Origin: Sminthopsis crassicaudata
Lineage: Eukaryota
Direction of reading: 5' to 3'
Length of the DNA stretch: 64,000 bases
Assembly: GCF_048593235.1 (NCBI RefSeq)
Contig: NC_133623.1
Span: forward strand, 1,116,001-1,180,000
The stretch's first letter is position 1. Each line of letters opens with the position of its first letter. Below are positions 10,601-42,032 of this stretch, piece after piece. The position numbers and the translations under genes are program-made. Under the pieces are notes generated by a model. That model worked only from the letters and a program-made list of their open reading frames with translations. It searched no databases and was not told the origin of the DNA.

Positions 10601-12360
10601 CCCGGTGCCGGCACCCCCGAGGCGCCAGACGCAGCCTGCCCCCAGCTCTGCCTCAGCTGCTCCACCAGCCGTGGGGCCAGGTGCCTCCTGCAAGCCTGCG
10701 GGGAGATGAGAAACGTCTGGCACCGCTCCGCTCCCCATGCCGGCCCTCGCCTGGGGACTAGCCCTCACCCCTAACGCCCGGGCAGGCTGAGGCTCCCCAA
10801 GCAGAGGGCGTCTGCACGAGCAGGGGGCAGGGAGAGGAAGGAGAGAGAGAGAGAGAGCGAGGGTGGGAGGGCAGGGGACGGATGGTCGGAGAGAAGCCGG
10901 AGGGGCCGGGGGCCAGCTTCACCTTGTCCGCGTCTCCAGCGGAGTCTCCTTCCGGCAGCTCGCAGAGCTGGGCCCCGTGCTCCTCTAGGAACGAGGCCGC
11001 CCGGCTGGCCTGGCAGGGGATCTGGGCGGGGACCGGAGCCACCAGGGGGCCCCCCTGGAACTCCCGCACCTCGGAGGCATCTGGCAAGAGGGAGGGAGAC
11101 ACGGCCTCGGCGTCAGCCCCGGGCCTCCTGCGGCGGCCACCTCACGGGACGTGGTGACGCCGACCAGGTTTTCCACGCGGAGTGGCATGGGCTTCTTGAG
11201 GGGGCCCCCAAGCCAAGGCCCTCTCTCACCTTCTAGGCTCTTGGCATCGGGGAGGATGAAGGGCTGAACGTGAAGAGGTTTCCGAGGGATGCAATCCTGG
11301 GCGGGAGAAAGACAAGGAGAGAGCGAGAGCTATGTTGGGCAGCAGCACGGCCAGGGGCAGAAGAAGGGGGGGCAGGGAGGAGAGCAATCCTACCTGGAGC
11401 TTCCAGGGCCTCAGGGCCGGGGGCACCCACGGCTCTGCCAGGAGGTCCCTGACCTGGGCGCCAATGGCCTGGAGCAGGATGGCCGACTCACCTACTGAAC
11501 AGAGGAGGAAGGCTCGAGTTGAGTCTCGAACGGACAGGGTGGGCCCATCCCCTCCCCGCCGGGAGGCCCCGGATACCTGAGGGCTGGGTACTCTCCTGGG
11601 CAGGGTCGGGGGGGCAGCCGCTCCGCCAGGAAGAGCAGAAGCTGCCGCAGGTCTGGCTCGCTCGGGTACAGAAAGCTCTGGTAGCCAAGCTCTCGGGGGT
11701 AGCCTAGGTCCTGGTGCCACACGACCAGCAAAGAGAGGGACAGAGGGGGGGGGCATGCCTTCCACTTCCTCCGGCCCCTTCCTTCCTTCCCCTCCTTCCA
11801 ACGGGGGTGCCAAAACTCACCGAGCAGGCCTGGGCCAGGCTCACGCCGAGCCGAAAGCGGGCAGACATCCCGGGAGGCAGGTGGGGGGGGAGGCCGGAGC
11901 TCAGGGAGGGGCGAAGCACTTGGAGGCAGCCCACCACGGCCGCCACAGCCAGCTCTGCGGTGAAGGCCCGGAGGGACTGGACATCCTCGGGGATGGCCCT
12001 GTCAGGGATGGAGGGGTGGGCTGGGGCCTCAGGGCCCTGGCTGGGAGGGGGGGCGGTCCCAGGACTCAGGGCCCTGCCTGGGAGGGGGGAGAGAGGGGGA
12101 ACCTGGCTGGGGGGGATTCTAGGACTCAAGGGCCATGGCTGGGGGGGAGGGGGAATCTTGCTGGGGGGATCCTAAGACTGAAGTCCCTGGCTAGGGGGAG
12201 GGGCGTCCCGGGGCCCAGAAACCTTGTTCAGACTTTGGCACTGCCCATTTGAGGGAATGCCAGGTTTCCTCAGTTTCCCTGGGGATCCCAGCGACTCCCC
12301 GAGTTCTTACGAGCCCGCCTGGCGCAGAGAGTGGATCAGAATCCGGTCCGCCTCCTCCAT
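7666..12360 (-). CDS. CCDC22: Coiled-coil domain-containing protein 22 (CCC/Commander complex), ~626 aa, 16 coding exons; +1 frameshift in exon 3 as assembled
   Basis: Minus-strand exons: 12311-12360 (MEEADRILIHSLRQAG), 11821-11998, 11577-11710 (one extra base in G7 at 11608-11614), 11394-11491, 11230-11296, 10923-11080, 10498-10695, 10195-10401, 9982-10101, 9777-9893, 9481-9582, 9276-9383, 9086-9181, 8393-8452, 8227-8301, 7666-7779 (ENAGLLGRIHEA*). Peptides match recalled human CCDC22. Confidence 0.96.
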
Positions 12361-12478
12361 GCCGCCCACCAGCACGCGATCCAGTTGGATAACCTCGGCG
12401 CCGGGCTCGGACTCCTGAGTTCCGCCTCAGAGCAGTAGGGCGAAGAGCCAAGTCACCTGGCTTGAGCGCGGCGCCCTC

Positions 12479-12593
12479 TGGAACTTGTAGTTTTATTTCC
12501 TCCCCATTTCCCTGTCTTGGAGAACAGGGAGGAACAGCCGCATGGCTCTCTGGGACTCGTAGTCTTCAGGCTTCCCAAAACTGGCGCATGCGC
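12479..12593 (-). promoter_or_regulatory. CCDC22 housekeeping promoter: two ACTAYRnnnCCCR-type (ZNF143/THAP11) motifs and an NRF1 palindrome
   Basis: Minus strand ACTACGAGTCCCA (12551-12563, perfect), ACTACAAGTTCCA (12479-12491, one mismatch); GCGCATGCGC at 12584-12593; CpG-rich context. Confidence 0.75.
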
Positions 12594-12623
12594 ACCAGCG
12601 TTCTCGTTCCTTGGCTCGCCGGA

Positions 12624-12636
12624 CGCCCCCTGGCGG
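12624..12636 (-). promoter_or_regulatory. CTCF core motif between the divergent CCDC22 and CACNA1F promoters
   Basis: Minus strand CCGCCAGGGGGCG matches the CTCF core CCASYAGRKGGCR with the common G at position 3; motif match only. Confidence 0.6.
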
Positions 12637-12755
12637 TGCAGTGCGAACTCGATGGGGGCGGGGCTGCTGGTGCCCGCGGTAGAGCGCCCCTACTGGAAGG
12701 CCATTAAGACCACTGCCAGAGAAGCTTGGACCACTCCCACCCCTGATCCTCCAGA

Positions 12756-12757
<2 letters not shown>

Positions 12758-12788
<31 letters not shown>
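12758..12788. repeat. Poly-C tract (C31)
   Basis: Direct reading; ~95 bp upstream of the CACNA1F ATG. Confidence 0.9.
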
Positions 12789-12789
<1 letters not shown>

Positions 12790-12834
12790 ACCATCTGGCT
12801 GCCCCCTCCCCCTCCTTCTTCCGTGCTGGGTGGC

Positions 12835-12842
12835 CTTAATCC
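12835..12842 (+). promoter_or_regulatory. CRX/OTX2-type homeodomain site CTTAATCC in the CACNA1F proximal promoter/5' end
   Basis: Perfect K50 homeodomain consensus 40 bp upstream of the ATG of a photoreceptor gene. Confidence 0.65.
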
Positions 12843-12881
12843 AGGGAGGCCAAGCTTGGCGTCCCAGCAGGAGGGAAGAGG

Positions 12882-33169
<20,288 letters not shown>

Positions 33170-34444
33170 GAGGCATCTCCTTCTGGGTCCCAAGAGCCCT
33201 GGAGAAGCCTCCGAGGCCATCTCCTTTATTTGGCGCGAGATGAGGAAAAGGCAGGGAAGCCCAGTAGAGACAGAGCCCAAGCTATCAGGATCCATAAAGA
33301 GCTAAAGCTGGAGATCCCCAAAATATGTCAGTCCCAAGAGGCATGGCCCCCCGGCAGAGCCCCCCAACACTGACCTCTGCACTCAGCACATCAGCAGGGT
33401 CTGTGAGAGACTTCAAGAGATCAAAGAGCCCCCCGAGAGGTACTGGCTCTTCCAAAGAGTCAACGGGGAAGGGAAAGAGAGAAGGGGAGGGAGGGAGAGA
33501 ACCAGGAGACTCTATCGTCTTGGGCAGATGATTTCATTGCCCGGAGCCTTTTCTAGCAGAGAGGGAGGGGGTGGGGGTGGGGGAGTCTGAACTTGCCTGT
33601 GCCCTCCCCATATGCTCCCCAGGAGGACCCTGCTCCCAGAATGCTGAGGGAGCATTTAGAGGGAAAGGGCAGGAGCTGTCACAGTCCAGAACAGTAGGAG
33701 TAGCAGTCACCCTCCGAGTCCTGCAAGGAAAAGGCGCCACATCTCCAAATCCCAGATGAGAAGGGCCCCGCCCCCTCTGTGGGAGTCTTAAACTGATCCC
33801 ACGGATATTGTGGACCTGCCTGGGCCAGGTCCCCCCTCCTGGAGGGTGGGGGAGGCAAGGATGTGAACCAGAGCCGGGGGCTTTCTCCGGGAGTCTTCCT
33901 TGCCCCGGCCCTCATGCCAAAGCCGGAAGTCTCCCAAGGGGCTCATGGGCGGCAGACGAAGAAAATGTGGAGGAGTGCTTAAATAGCCCCACTCATGAGA
34001 GCGGCCTCTGAAGAGGCGAGGACAGAATGTGAGACCCGGAGACTCTCGAGGAGCCCTCAAAAGAGGTCTGAAGAGCTCTGAAGTGTCTCCAAGAGTGACA
34101 GAAAAGCCCTGGAAAAAAGGCCTGGAGAGCCCCCAAGTGCCCTCAAGACCTCAAGTCCCCGAGAGTGCTTAAGACGCCTGAGAGCACCCTCGAGAGCACT
34201 CCAAAGGCCATTTGCATCTGAGAGAGGCTTCAGAGACCCTGATTGTCTGCAATGTCCCCGCAGGCTCCTCCCGGCGCCCATAGGAACATCCAGAGTTTTG
34301 CCACAAGAGATACAAGACCCAATGGCTCAGGCTTTGCCACTGAAGGTGGGCCTAATGAAGACCAAATCCGGGGCCACGTGGGTGGAGAACGCCCCCCCTG
34401 TCTCCTTAGCCTACCTTTGGTCCTGGAGCAAATACGCTCATCCG

Positions 34445-34540
34445 ACTACAGTCAGCTGGACTAGTGAGGGTCTGAGGCCACTCTGAACTCGGGTCTTCCT
34501 GCTCGGGCCCATCTTTGCATCCACTGAACCCCCTGTAGGC
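34445..34540 (-). mobile_element. MIR/MAR1 head fragment
   Basis: Minus strand CAGGAAGACCCGAGTTCAGAGTGGCCTCAGACCCTCACTAG matches the tRNA-like head of MIR. Confidence 0.55.
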
Positions 34541-35319
34541 TTCCTGAAAGAAAGAGCTGCTCTTAGTTTTAGCGCATTTGGCTTGCCTTCGCCTGAACTA
34601 GGTGTGGGCAGCTATAGCTAAAGAGGGCCAGGCTACCCTCACCTGGGAGAGCTTTGGACACGAGGCACCATTCAAGCCGCAGCTGAGCTGTCTGGGCTGC
34701 CCCGAAGGGCCAGTGTACCAAAAGAGGCCGGAACAAGGCACTGGAACAGGAGGCCTGGGTAGAAACACCAAGGAGCCAAAGAGCCGCTGCAGCGTGCCCG
34801 GTGAGGAGGAGACCACACGAGAGCAGGTCAATGGACTCCCCGGAAGGTTTGGCTGTGAGGGGTACCCGCCGGCCCCCTCTGCCCGTTGGCTATCTGTGGG
34901 AGCGTACCCCCTGGGTTGGGGGATGGGAAGATGTTCTATTGCAAAAATTCTGTTATTTCACAAAATGCTCTGGCCTGGGTGCTACCTAGGGCTGGGAGCC
35001 TGAGCACACATTCTAGGAGCCAGAGCCCCACAGAGGACCATGAAGCAGGGGAGGGGGGTGGCAAGCACATGTGTATTGTACTAGAATAGTGCAAAAGGCT
35101 AGGTATTGTGGCAGAACAAAGGTCATCCTGGAGGAGGTGAGCTCAGGTACAACGGCTCCACGTGCTATCTCGAGGGTCCAGAAGGGATGGTGACAGCTCA
35201 GTTGGGGTCTGGGTGTGATGGAATCATAAGAGAATCCCATCCAGACAGTGAGAGTTACATAGATGAAGAGAGAGGGAAACCGGGAGACGTGGAGGGAAGG
35301 GAAGATAGGCAGAATTTTA

Positions 35320-36600
35320 TTTTTTTCCAATGTCACGTAAAACATTTTTTTTTCCATTTTCTTTTTTAAATTTGAGTTCTAAAAGCTTTCCCTCCATGTC
35401 TCCCAGCCTTCTCCCCTAAGGCCAGCGATCTGATACAGGTCATACAAGTGCAGTCAGGAAAAACCCATTTCCATATTAGTCATGTTGTAAAGACCAAAGA
35501 GAAAAATAAAGTTTTAAAAAGTCCGTCTCGATCTGCATTTGGAGTCCATGAGTTCTTTCTCTGGAGGGGCACAGCATTTTATTTCAGATTGTCTCCGATC
35601 TCCAGATTGCCAAGAACAGCTAAGACGTTCACTGGATGTCCCGTGGCTGACGTTCTCCTGCTTCTCCTTTGCGTCGGCTCGTAGGAGTCTTCCCCGATTC
35701 TCCTGAAACCATCCTGTTCCTCATTTCTTATAGCATATAGTACTATATACATATTTAGATTTAGATTAGCGTATTCCCTCACAATCCTATACCACAACTT
35801 ATCCAACCGTTCCCTACTTAATAGAGTTCTCTTCTTCGGTGGGTTTTCGGACCTCTTTTCCCATTTGACCAATGCTGCTCTTTAATGGGTTCTTCTCTCC
35901 AGTGAGGGGTTTTTGTGTGCCGGCCTTACCATTGGGCCTCCGCTATTTTTTTCCTGGCTCCTGCCAGTGCTTTCTTCTGAGTCAGAATCCATTTCGAGAC
36001 CGGAATTTGGGAGAATCGAGTGATCTCCTGCCTTTAGTCCACCATCTTGGCTCTGCCCCAGACCAAGGGTTCTGAACAGAGAGACCTTCAAGAAGTCTAT
36101 GGATAGATTACAAGAGGTCCATGACCTCATATAGGTGGGGAAACTACATTTCGATTTGGCAACTTTTAATTGAGTTTTTTTTCCAACCCCCATCCCCATA
36201 ATTTTTCCTTCCCTTCGTCCTCCTTCAGAGTTATCCCATAAAATAAATAGCATTTTAGACATTTCCCCCCCCCCCAAAAAAAAAAAAAACAAACAAACAG
36301 CATAAATGATCGATTCATCAAAAAGTGTGCAAATCTGCACTGCGCCACCTGGACATCTGCCCTCCCACCTGGATGGATGATCTCCTGTCTCTTTTTTGGA
36401 GCCAGGCTCATTCTTTGTAAAACTGGCTTATAGCTGACATGACAGTTCTTCCCGTCCTTGCTCTGCTCACTTCCCTTTGCAGAAGTTCATGGCAAGCTTC
36501 ATTTCCATCAAGTCTAACTGAAATTGAGCGTTTCCTTGACAATGATGAGTTTTTCCAAATTTGGAGAATTCTGGACTTCCCCAGCTTGTCCAGAGGAGAC
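35320..36600 (-). mobile_element. Old L1 remnants (ORF2 C-terminus and 3' UTRs), reverse orientation
   Basis: Minus ORF 35579-35872 contains LDKLWY..EY..AIRNEEQ..EDSYE, similar to the L1 ORF2 end; flanks resemble marsupial L1 3' UTRs. Confidence 0.7.
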
Positions 36601-36819
36601 CCCAAATGTTATTTTAAAACAACAGCCGCCCTGAGATGGACAAAGAGGAGAGGAAAGACAGAAAAGAGAGGGAAGGAAGAAACAAAGACTGAGACTGACA
36701 TCTCCTAACTTCAGGATACTCTCGTTTCTTCCCCGGTAAGGTCAGGGCAAGGCTCCCAGTCTTTCTGGCCCAACTCCTGCTTTCGTACAAACGCATCATC
36801 TCTCCCTCAAACACCCAAG

Positions 36820-37850
36820 GCTCCCAGTCTGCCCAGTCACCAGGATCTGCAACTTAACCTCATTTCCACCAGATGAGGTCATCACTTTGATCTTGTCAAC
36901 CTAATGCTCTGCCTCCAAGTTCATGACCTAGATGTGAACAAAAATGTGATCATGTGATCAGAATGTTTGATTATTCCATTTCTGCCCATACCTTCCACCC
37001 CTCAGCTCTTTACCCAAGAGGAAAGGACAAGAGAAGCATTTATACAGTGTCTCCTATGGGCCAAGCACTTTCCAAGTACTATCTCATTCCATCTTTATAA
37101 CAAACCTTTGTAGTAGATGCTGTAATTATTCCCATTTTACAATGGAGGAAATTGAGGCAGACAGAAATTAAGTGACTTGGCCAGGGTCCCACAGCTAGGA
37201 AGTATCCGAAATCATAGTCTCGCCTCTCGACCCAGTTCTCTGTGCACCGTGCTGCCAACCGTCTTCCAGGATGTCAGCCTAGCACCGGTTATACTTTTCC
37301 CCCTATCTACCTCAACCCCTTTGTGAGTCCGCTGAAGTCTGCATTCTTCTTCTCTCACGTCCCATGCCCCCTTACCGTAACGCTGACCTTGCCCTGGCAA
37401 ACCTCAGTCTTAGATCGTTCCCACTCCGTCCGCTTCTACTTCTTCCTATGTTTTCTGAAGAAATGGCCTCCTCCTTAACAAGGTCAACTTCTCTACATGC
37501 ACAAGTGATCCTCTTCTAACCTCTCTTTCCCCAGCAAGATTCCTTCTCTATCACCCCACTGTCTCACTCACTCCCTTCACTTTCTCTTTACTGGATGTTG
37601 CCCTATTTGCCAAAAAAAAAAAAAAGTCCTCACATCTCCCAGCCTCAAAAGGCTCTCACCAGATCTACCCACAAATGCCGAATTTCATCTCATACCTCTG
37701 TTCCCTAAACACATTTAGGGTTTTGAAGGCTATCTAGAAAAGGTATCTCCATTTCCCTTCCTATTCCCTTTGCTGCTCTGTACAATTTGACTTCTAACTT
37801 CATTATTCAAATGAGGCTGCCCTTACCAAAGTTGTTCCTGAAAGCTAATG
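36820..37850 (+). mobile_element. L2 remnant, interrupted by a reverse MIR/MAR1 at ~37040-37215
   Basis: Pyrimidine-rich L2 ORF2-like sequence; MIR core CCCATTTTACAATGGAGGAAATTGAGGC. Confidence 0.55.
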
Positions 37851-37854
37851 ATGA

Positions 37855-38920
37855 ATATTGGAGGGGAAGTGGGAAAACTGGAACACTAATACATTGTTGG
37901 TGGCGTTGCAGTTTCAACCGTTTTGGAGAGCGATTTGCAACTATGCCCAACTATATCCCAATTATGGACCTATCAAACCGTGCACACCCTTTGATCCAGC
38001 AGGGTCTCTACTGGGTCTATAGACCAAAGAGATCCTTAAAAAAGGGGAAAGGAGCCACTGTGAAAAACCTTTGAAGCAGTCTTTTTTTGTAGTGGCCAGG
38101 AACTGGAAACTAGCCATTCCCCGTGACCTGGGGAATGGCTGGACAAGTTGTGGTCTGGGAATGTTATGGAATATTATTGTTCTGTAAGAAATGATCAGCG
38201 GGCTGATTTTGGAAAAGCCTGGAAAGGTTAAGGGGAACTGATGCCGCGTGAGGTGAGCAGAACCAGGAGAACATCGTCCAAGGCAACAAAAAGATTATGT
38301 AAAAATCAACTATCATGGACCTGGCTCTTCTCAACAATGAGGTGATTCAGGCCATTGCAATAGACCTGGGATGGAAAGAGCCATCCGCATCCAGAGAGAG
38401 GACTGAGTGGGAATCAAAGCATACTATTGCGATGATCAACTAGGAAAGACTAGATTCTTCTCACTGGTCCAGCGATCCAAAGTAATCCCAATAGACTTTG
38501 GACAGAAAACACCATCTGGATCCAGAAAAGGAGACTCAATGGAAATCACTACATGCTCTGTTCACTTCCTTTTTCTATTTATTTTTTTTTTTCATCTCTG
38601 ATTTTTCTTTTTTTCCTCTTCCAACATGATTCATAAAGCAATGTGTGTTAAAATAAATATTTTTAAATGCACAGTATCTTCACCTTTTTATTGTTTGTTT
38701 GCTTGGGTTTTTTCCCTTTCTCATGCTTTTTTCCCCTTTTGATTTGATTTTTCTTGCATATCTTGCATATCACGAGGATCATGGAAATCTGTTCAGAAAA
38801 ATTGCACGTTTAACCTCTATCAGATTGCTTGCTGCCTTGGAGAGGGGGAAAAATCTGGAAGCCAAGGTTTTGCAAAGGTCAGTGTTAAGAACTCCCTTTG
38901 CATGTATTTGGGGAAATAAA
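37855..38920 (+). mobile_element. L1 3' fragment(s): ORF2 end and 3' UTR
   Basis: CACTAATACATTGTTGGTGG.., GGAATATTATTGTTCTGTAAGAAATGATCAG, A-rich ends at ~38650 and ~38915. Confidence 0.8.
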
Positions 38921-38937
38921 ATACTATTTAAAATTTT

Positions 38938-39094
38938 GTTTTATTTATTTATTTATTTTTCCTGAGGCTGGGGTTAAGTGACTTGCCCAGGGTCACACAG
39001 CTAGGAAGTGTTAAAGTGTCTGAGATCAAATTTGAACTTGGGTCCTCCTGAATTCAGGGCTGGTGCTCTATCCACTGCGCCCCCTAGCTGCCCC
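38938..39094 (-). mobile_element. Full-length WSINE1-like SINE
   Basis: Reverse of GGGGCAGCTAGGGGGCGCAGTGGATAGAGCACCAG...GCCTCAGG(A)n; TSD CTATTTAAAATTTT at 38924-38937 and 39095-39108. Confidence 0.9.
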
Positions 39095-39140
39095 CTATTT
39101 AAAATTTTAAAAGAAAAAATTCCCAAAGTTTTGCATGATT

Positions 39141-39281
39141 ATTTTTTTTTTTTTGGCTGAGGCAATTGGGGTTAAGTGACTTGCCCACGGTCACCCAGTT
39201 AGGAAGTATTGAGTGTTTGAGGTCAGGTTTGAACTCAGGTCCTCTTGACTTCAAGGCTGAACGGTGCCACCTAGCTGCCCA
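39141..39281 (-). mobile_element. Older marsupial tRNA/CORE SINE (WSINE1/MAR1-like)
   Basis: T-tail then GGCTGAGGCAATTGGGGTTAAGTGACTTGCCC...GCCACCTAGCTGCCC. Confidence 0.8.
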
Positions 39282-40720
39282 TCTTCATGATCTCTTAGTT
39301 GCCAAATCCAGTGGCGTTTTCTCAACTGTGACCCTTTTTGATCTCTCTGCAGCCTGTGACACTGTCAATCCCTGTCTTCTCCTTGCTACTCTGTTCTCAA
39401 GAGATTTCTGTAACCCTGCTCTACTTCTCTGAGCACTCCTTCCCAATTGCTTTTACTAGATCTTCACCCCGTAGTGGCTGTGCTTCAGCGCTGTGTCCGG
39501 GCCCTCTTATCCCTCTGACTGCCTCAGCTACCCGGGATCCGATCGTCTCCTCTCCGCAGATGAGGCGCAGATCCGTTTGTTCAGCTCCATCCTCCCTTCT
39601 GACCTCCAGTCTCACATCTTCAACTCCTAGTGGAAATCTCACGTACACATCTCAAAGTCAACATGGTCCAAACAGAATTCATTAGCTCTTCCCCAAAGCC
39701 CTCCCCCCTGCAGCTTCCCTATTACTTTCCCCAGCACCTCTACCATCCCCAACTTGTGATCTATGTGTCATCCCTGACTCCTCACTTTCTCTCACCTCCC
39801 ATATACAATCTGTTGCCTAGTTCTGTTGTTTCTATCTTTGTCACATCTCTCAAATATACTCCCTTCTCTCCTCTGACACAATCCCCCTCCCTTCCTGGTG
39901 CAGGTCCTGATCGCCTCATACCTTGATCATTTTGGGGGGCTCTGCATGAGTCAGATCTCTTCCCCCTTCAATCCATCCTCTACTCCAAAGCTTCTTAAAG
40001 TGTGGGTTGTGACTCCATATGGGGTCACGTAACTGAAGGTGGGGGGGCGTGAAAAATCAGCAAGAGGTACCAAATATTCTGCCAAGTCTTAATTCTTTAT
40101 ATAAAAAATAACCAAGCATATCCATCTCACTAATGGGCAAATTTGCTTTCATGTTTTAATAAATGGAAAAATTATACTCGTACCAAAGAATTGTTTTAAA
40201 AGAAATGTCTTCATGATTTCTTATTGGCAAGTGATTTCTGTACTGATTTTATTTGTCTATATACCACAGGTCAAGTAAAAATGCCTCTGATGAAGGGTGG
40301 GAGAAGTTTCAGACGTCCTGCTCTACTCTGCTGCCCAAGTGATTTTCCTAGTTCCCAGATCTAACCGGATCGCTTACCTCCCCGACGAACTCCTGTGGCC
40401 CCTGTCATCCTAGGATGCTCTGTCTGACATTTAAAGCCCTTCGTAAGCTGTTCTCCTAGTAGCTTTCCAGTCTCCTCATACCTTTCTTCCCTCTCTCCCC
40501 TTCAGTCCAGGATGATACTGACCTCCTGGCTTTTCCTTAAACAAAACACTGCATCTCTGTGGCTATTCCCACTGGCTGTCAGCCAGACATAAAATTGTCT
40601 CCCTTCTCATCAGCACCTCTTGACTTTGCTGGCTTCCTTCAGGTCCTAGCCAAGATCTCACTTTCTAAAAGCAGCCTTTCCTGATTCTCCGTTATTTCTA
40701 GCACCTTCTCTTGGAGATCA
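39282..40720 (+). mobile_element. L2 continuation, interrupted by a hAT MITE
   Basis: CTTAGTTGCCAAATCCAGTGG..TTGATCTCTCTGCAGCCTGTGACAC resembles the L2 RT region and continues the fragment broken at ~37850. Confidence 0.7.
39986..40325 (+). mobile_element. hAT-Charlie-like non-autonomous DNA transposon (MITE)
   Basis: CTTCTTAAAGTGTGGGTTGTGACTCCATATGGGGTCACGTAACTG start, AT-rich interior, GAAGTTTCAGACGTCCTG end; family assignment from memory. Confidence 0.55.
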
Positions 40721-41439
40721 GCTCTGTTTTGGCCAGTGTACAGCTTGTTTGAAGATAGCTAGCCATCTGCATGTCGACTGTATGAGAAAGGGAGGAGACA
40801 AGATCCATGCACTGATACAGAGATGGTAATGGAAGCATGGTGGGTTGGTGACTTTCTTTAGACGTGGGACCCAGGGTCCGCTTGGAGGGATGTGTGAGGA
40901 GCTGTGGTTAGGGGCCAAATAAAAGGGTCCCAGGACCCTCCAAGAGTCACAAGTGATGATTTCCTTCACATTTTCCTTCCATCGCCATTTGAGATTTGAG
41001 TGAGATCTCTCCCTATTTTTGTTTTGTTTCTAATTCCATTGGAAACTTCGTAAAAGTCTTTGATAAATTTCCTTCCTATGGTGTGAAGTGCGTAGGGGCT
41101 TAAGAGCTCCAATTTTGGAAGCTGCTGCATTGTAGAATCATTGCAGCTGGAGAAGAAATGTTGGGGACACCAATCCCAAGAAGGGAGGCCGCCGCAAATC
41201 CCTAGTCTCGGGGTATCTGTGAACAAAGGCTGCCCTATAGGCGACATGCCGAGAAAATCAAAGGTTTCAAGTCAAGGCAGCAAACTTGGTCTCACAAGCA
41301 GTGATTATGCCAGGTAGGGGGCCCCAGCCTGAATTCTGACTGGCAAAAATGGCTGCCAACAGGCCCTTCTCGATTGGGCTCTGGAGCGCTTCGGTCGCTC
41401 TCGGCCTGGCTCCGGATGAACGGGCAGTGGGATGGCTGC

Positions 41440-41700
41440 CAGGGAAGGGCCAGGCTTCCGGGATGAAGGACATGTCAGTCCCATCATCCTCAGCTCATTT
41501 CTGGCAAAAGGACATTAATAAGCATATTCTTTGAAAAGGGTTTGGGGGAACTGGGATATTTGACCTGAAAAAGGGCTGACCCACAAAGGTGACAAGGAAA
41601 AGCCTTAACCTGCTTGGCTCCAGAGGGCAGAAGCAGGTTCAGTGATGACGGTTGCAAAGCTCGTCCGGGTCTGATCCAAGTATCCAATAATGGGAGATTC
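41440..41700 (+). mobile_element. L3/CR1 3' remnant
   Basis: CTGCTTGGCTCCAGAGGGCAGAA..GG..TTGCAAAG resembles the CR1/L3 3' region. Confidence 0.5.
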
Positions 41701-41792
41701 AGGCTTCTTCCTACCAGGAGGGAGGGGAGGGGTTACTGACCCCCAAAAGGAGCCCTGACGATGCTTGTTCCTCATTGAAAGTTTCAACCCTG

Positions 41793-42032
41793 TAATGTGC
41801 AACAAGAAAATGGGATTTACACACATATATTGTATCCAGGTTATATTGTAACACATGTAAAATGTATAGGATTGCCTGTCATCGGCGGGAGGGAGTGGAG
41901 GGAGGGGGGGGATAATTTGGAAAAATGAATACAAGGGATAATGTTATAAAAAAAAAAAAGAAAGAGAGTGACTGCTAAAGAAGAATTCTTAATCACGATA
42001 AAATATTAGGTGTTACACAAAAAAAAGAAACA
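41793..42032 (+). mobile_element. 5'-truncated L1 3' end with an extra non-L1 tail, within a 16-bp TSD
   Basis: L1 3' UTR similar to 62890-63070; TSD GAAAGTTTC(A/T)ACCCTG at 41777-41792 and 42033-42048. Confidence 0.75.

Noticed and set aside
11570-11576. CCDC22 intron 3 donor GTATCC as a U12 intron
   Set aside because: Continues GG rather than TT, has a normal polypyrimidine tract and no TCCTTRAC branch site; CAG/GTA is an adequate U2 donor.
33290-34260. Degenerate GAG/CCC/AAG-rich sequence downstream of CACNA1F as a coding exon
   Set aside because: All frames are interrupted by stops and no recognisable peptide; similar texture occurs in introns 23 and 38.
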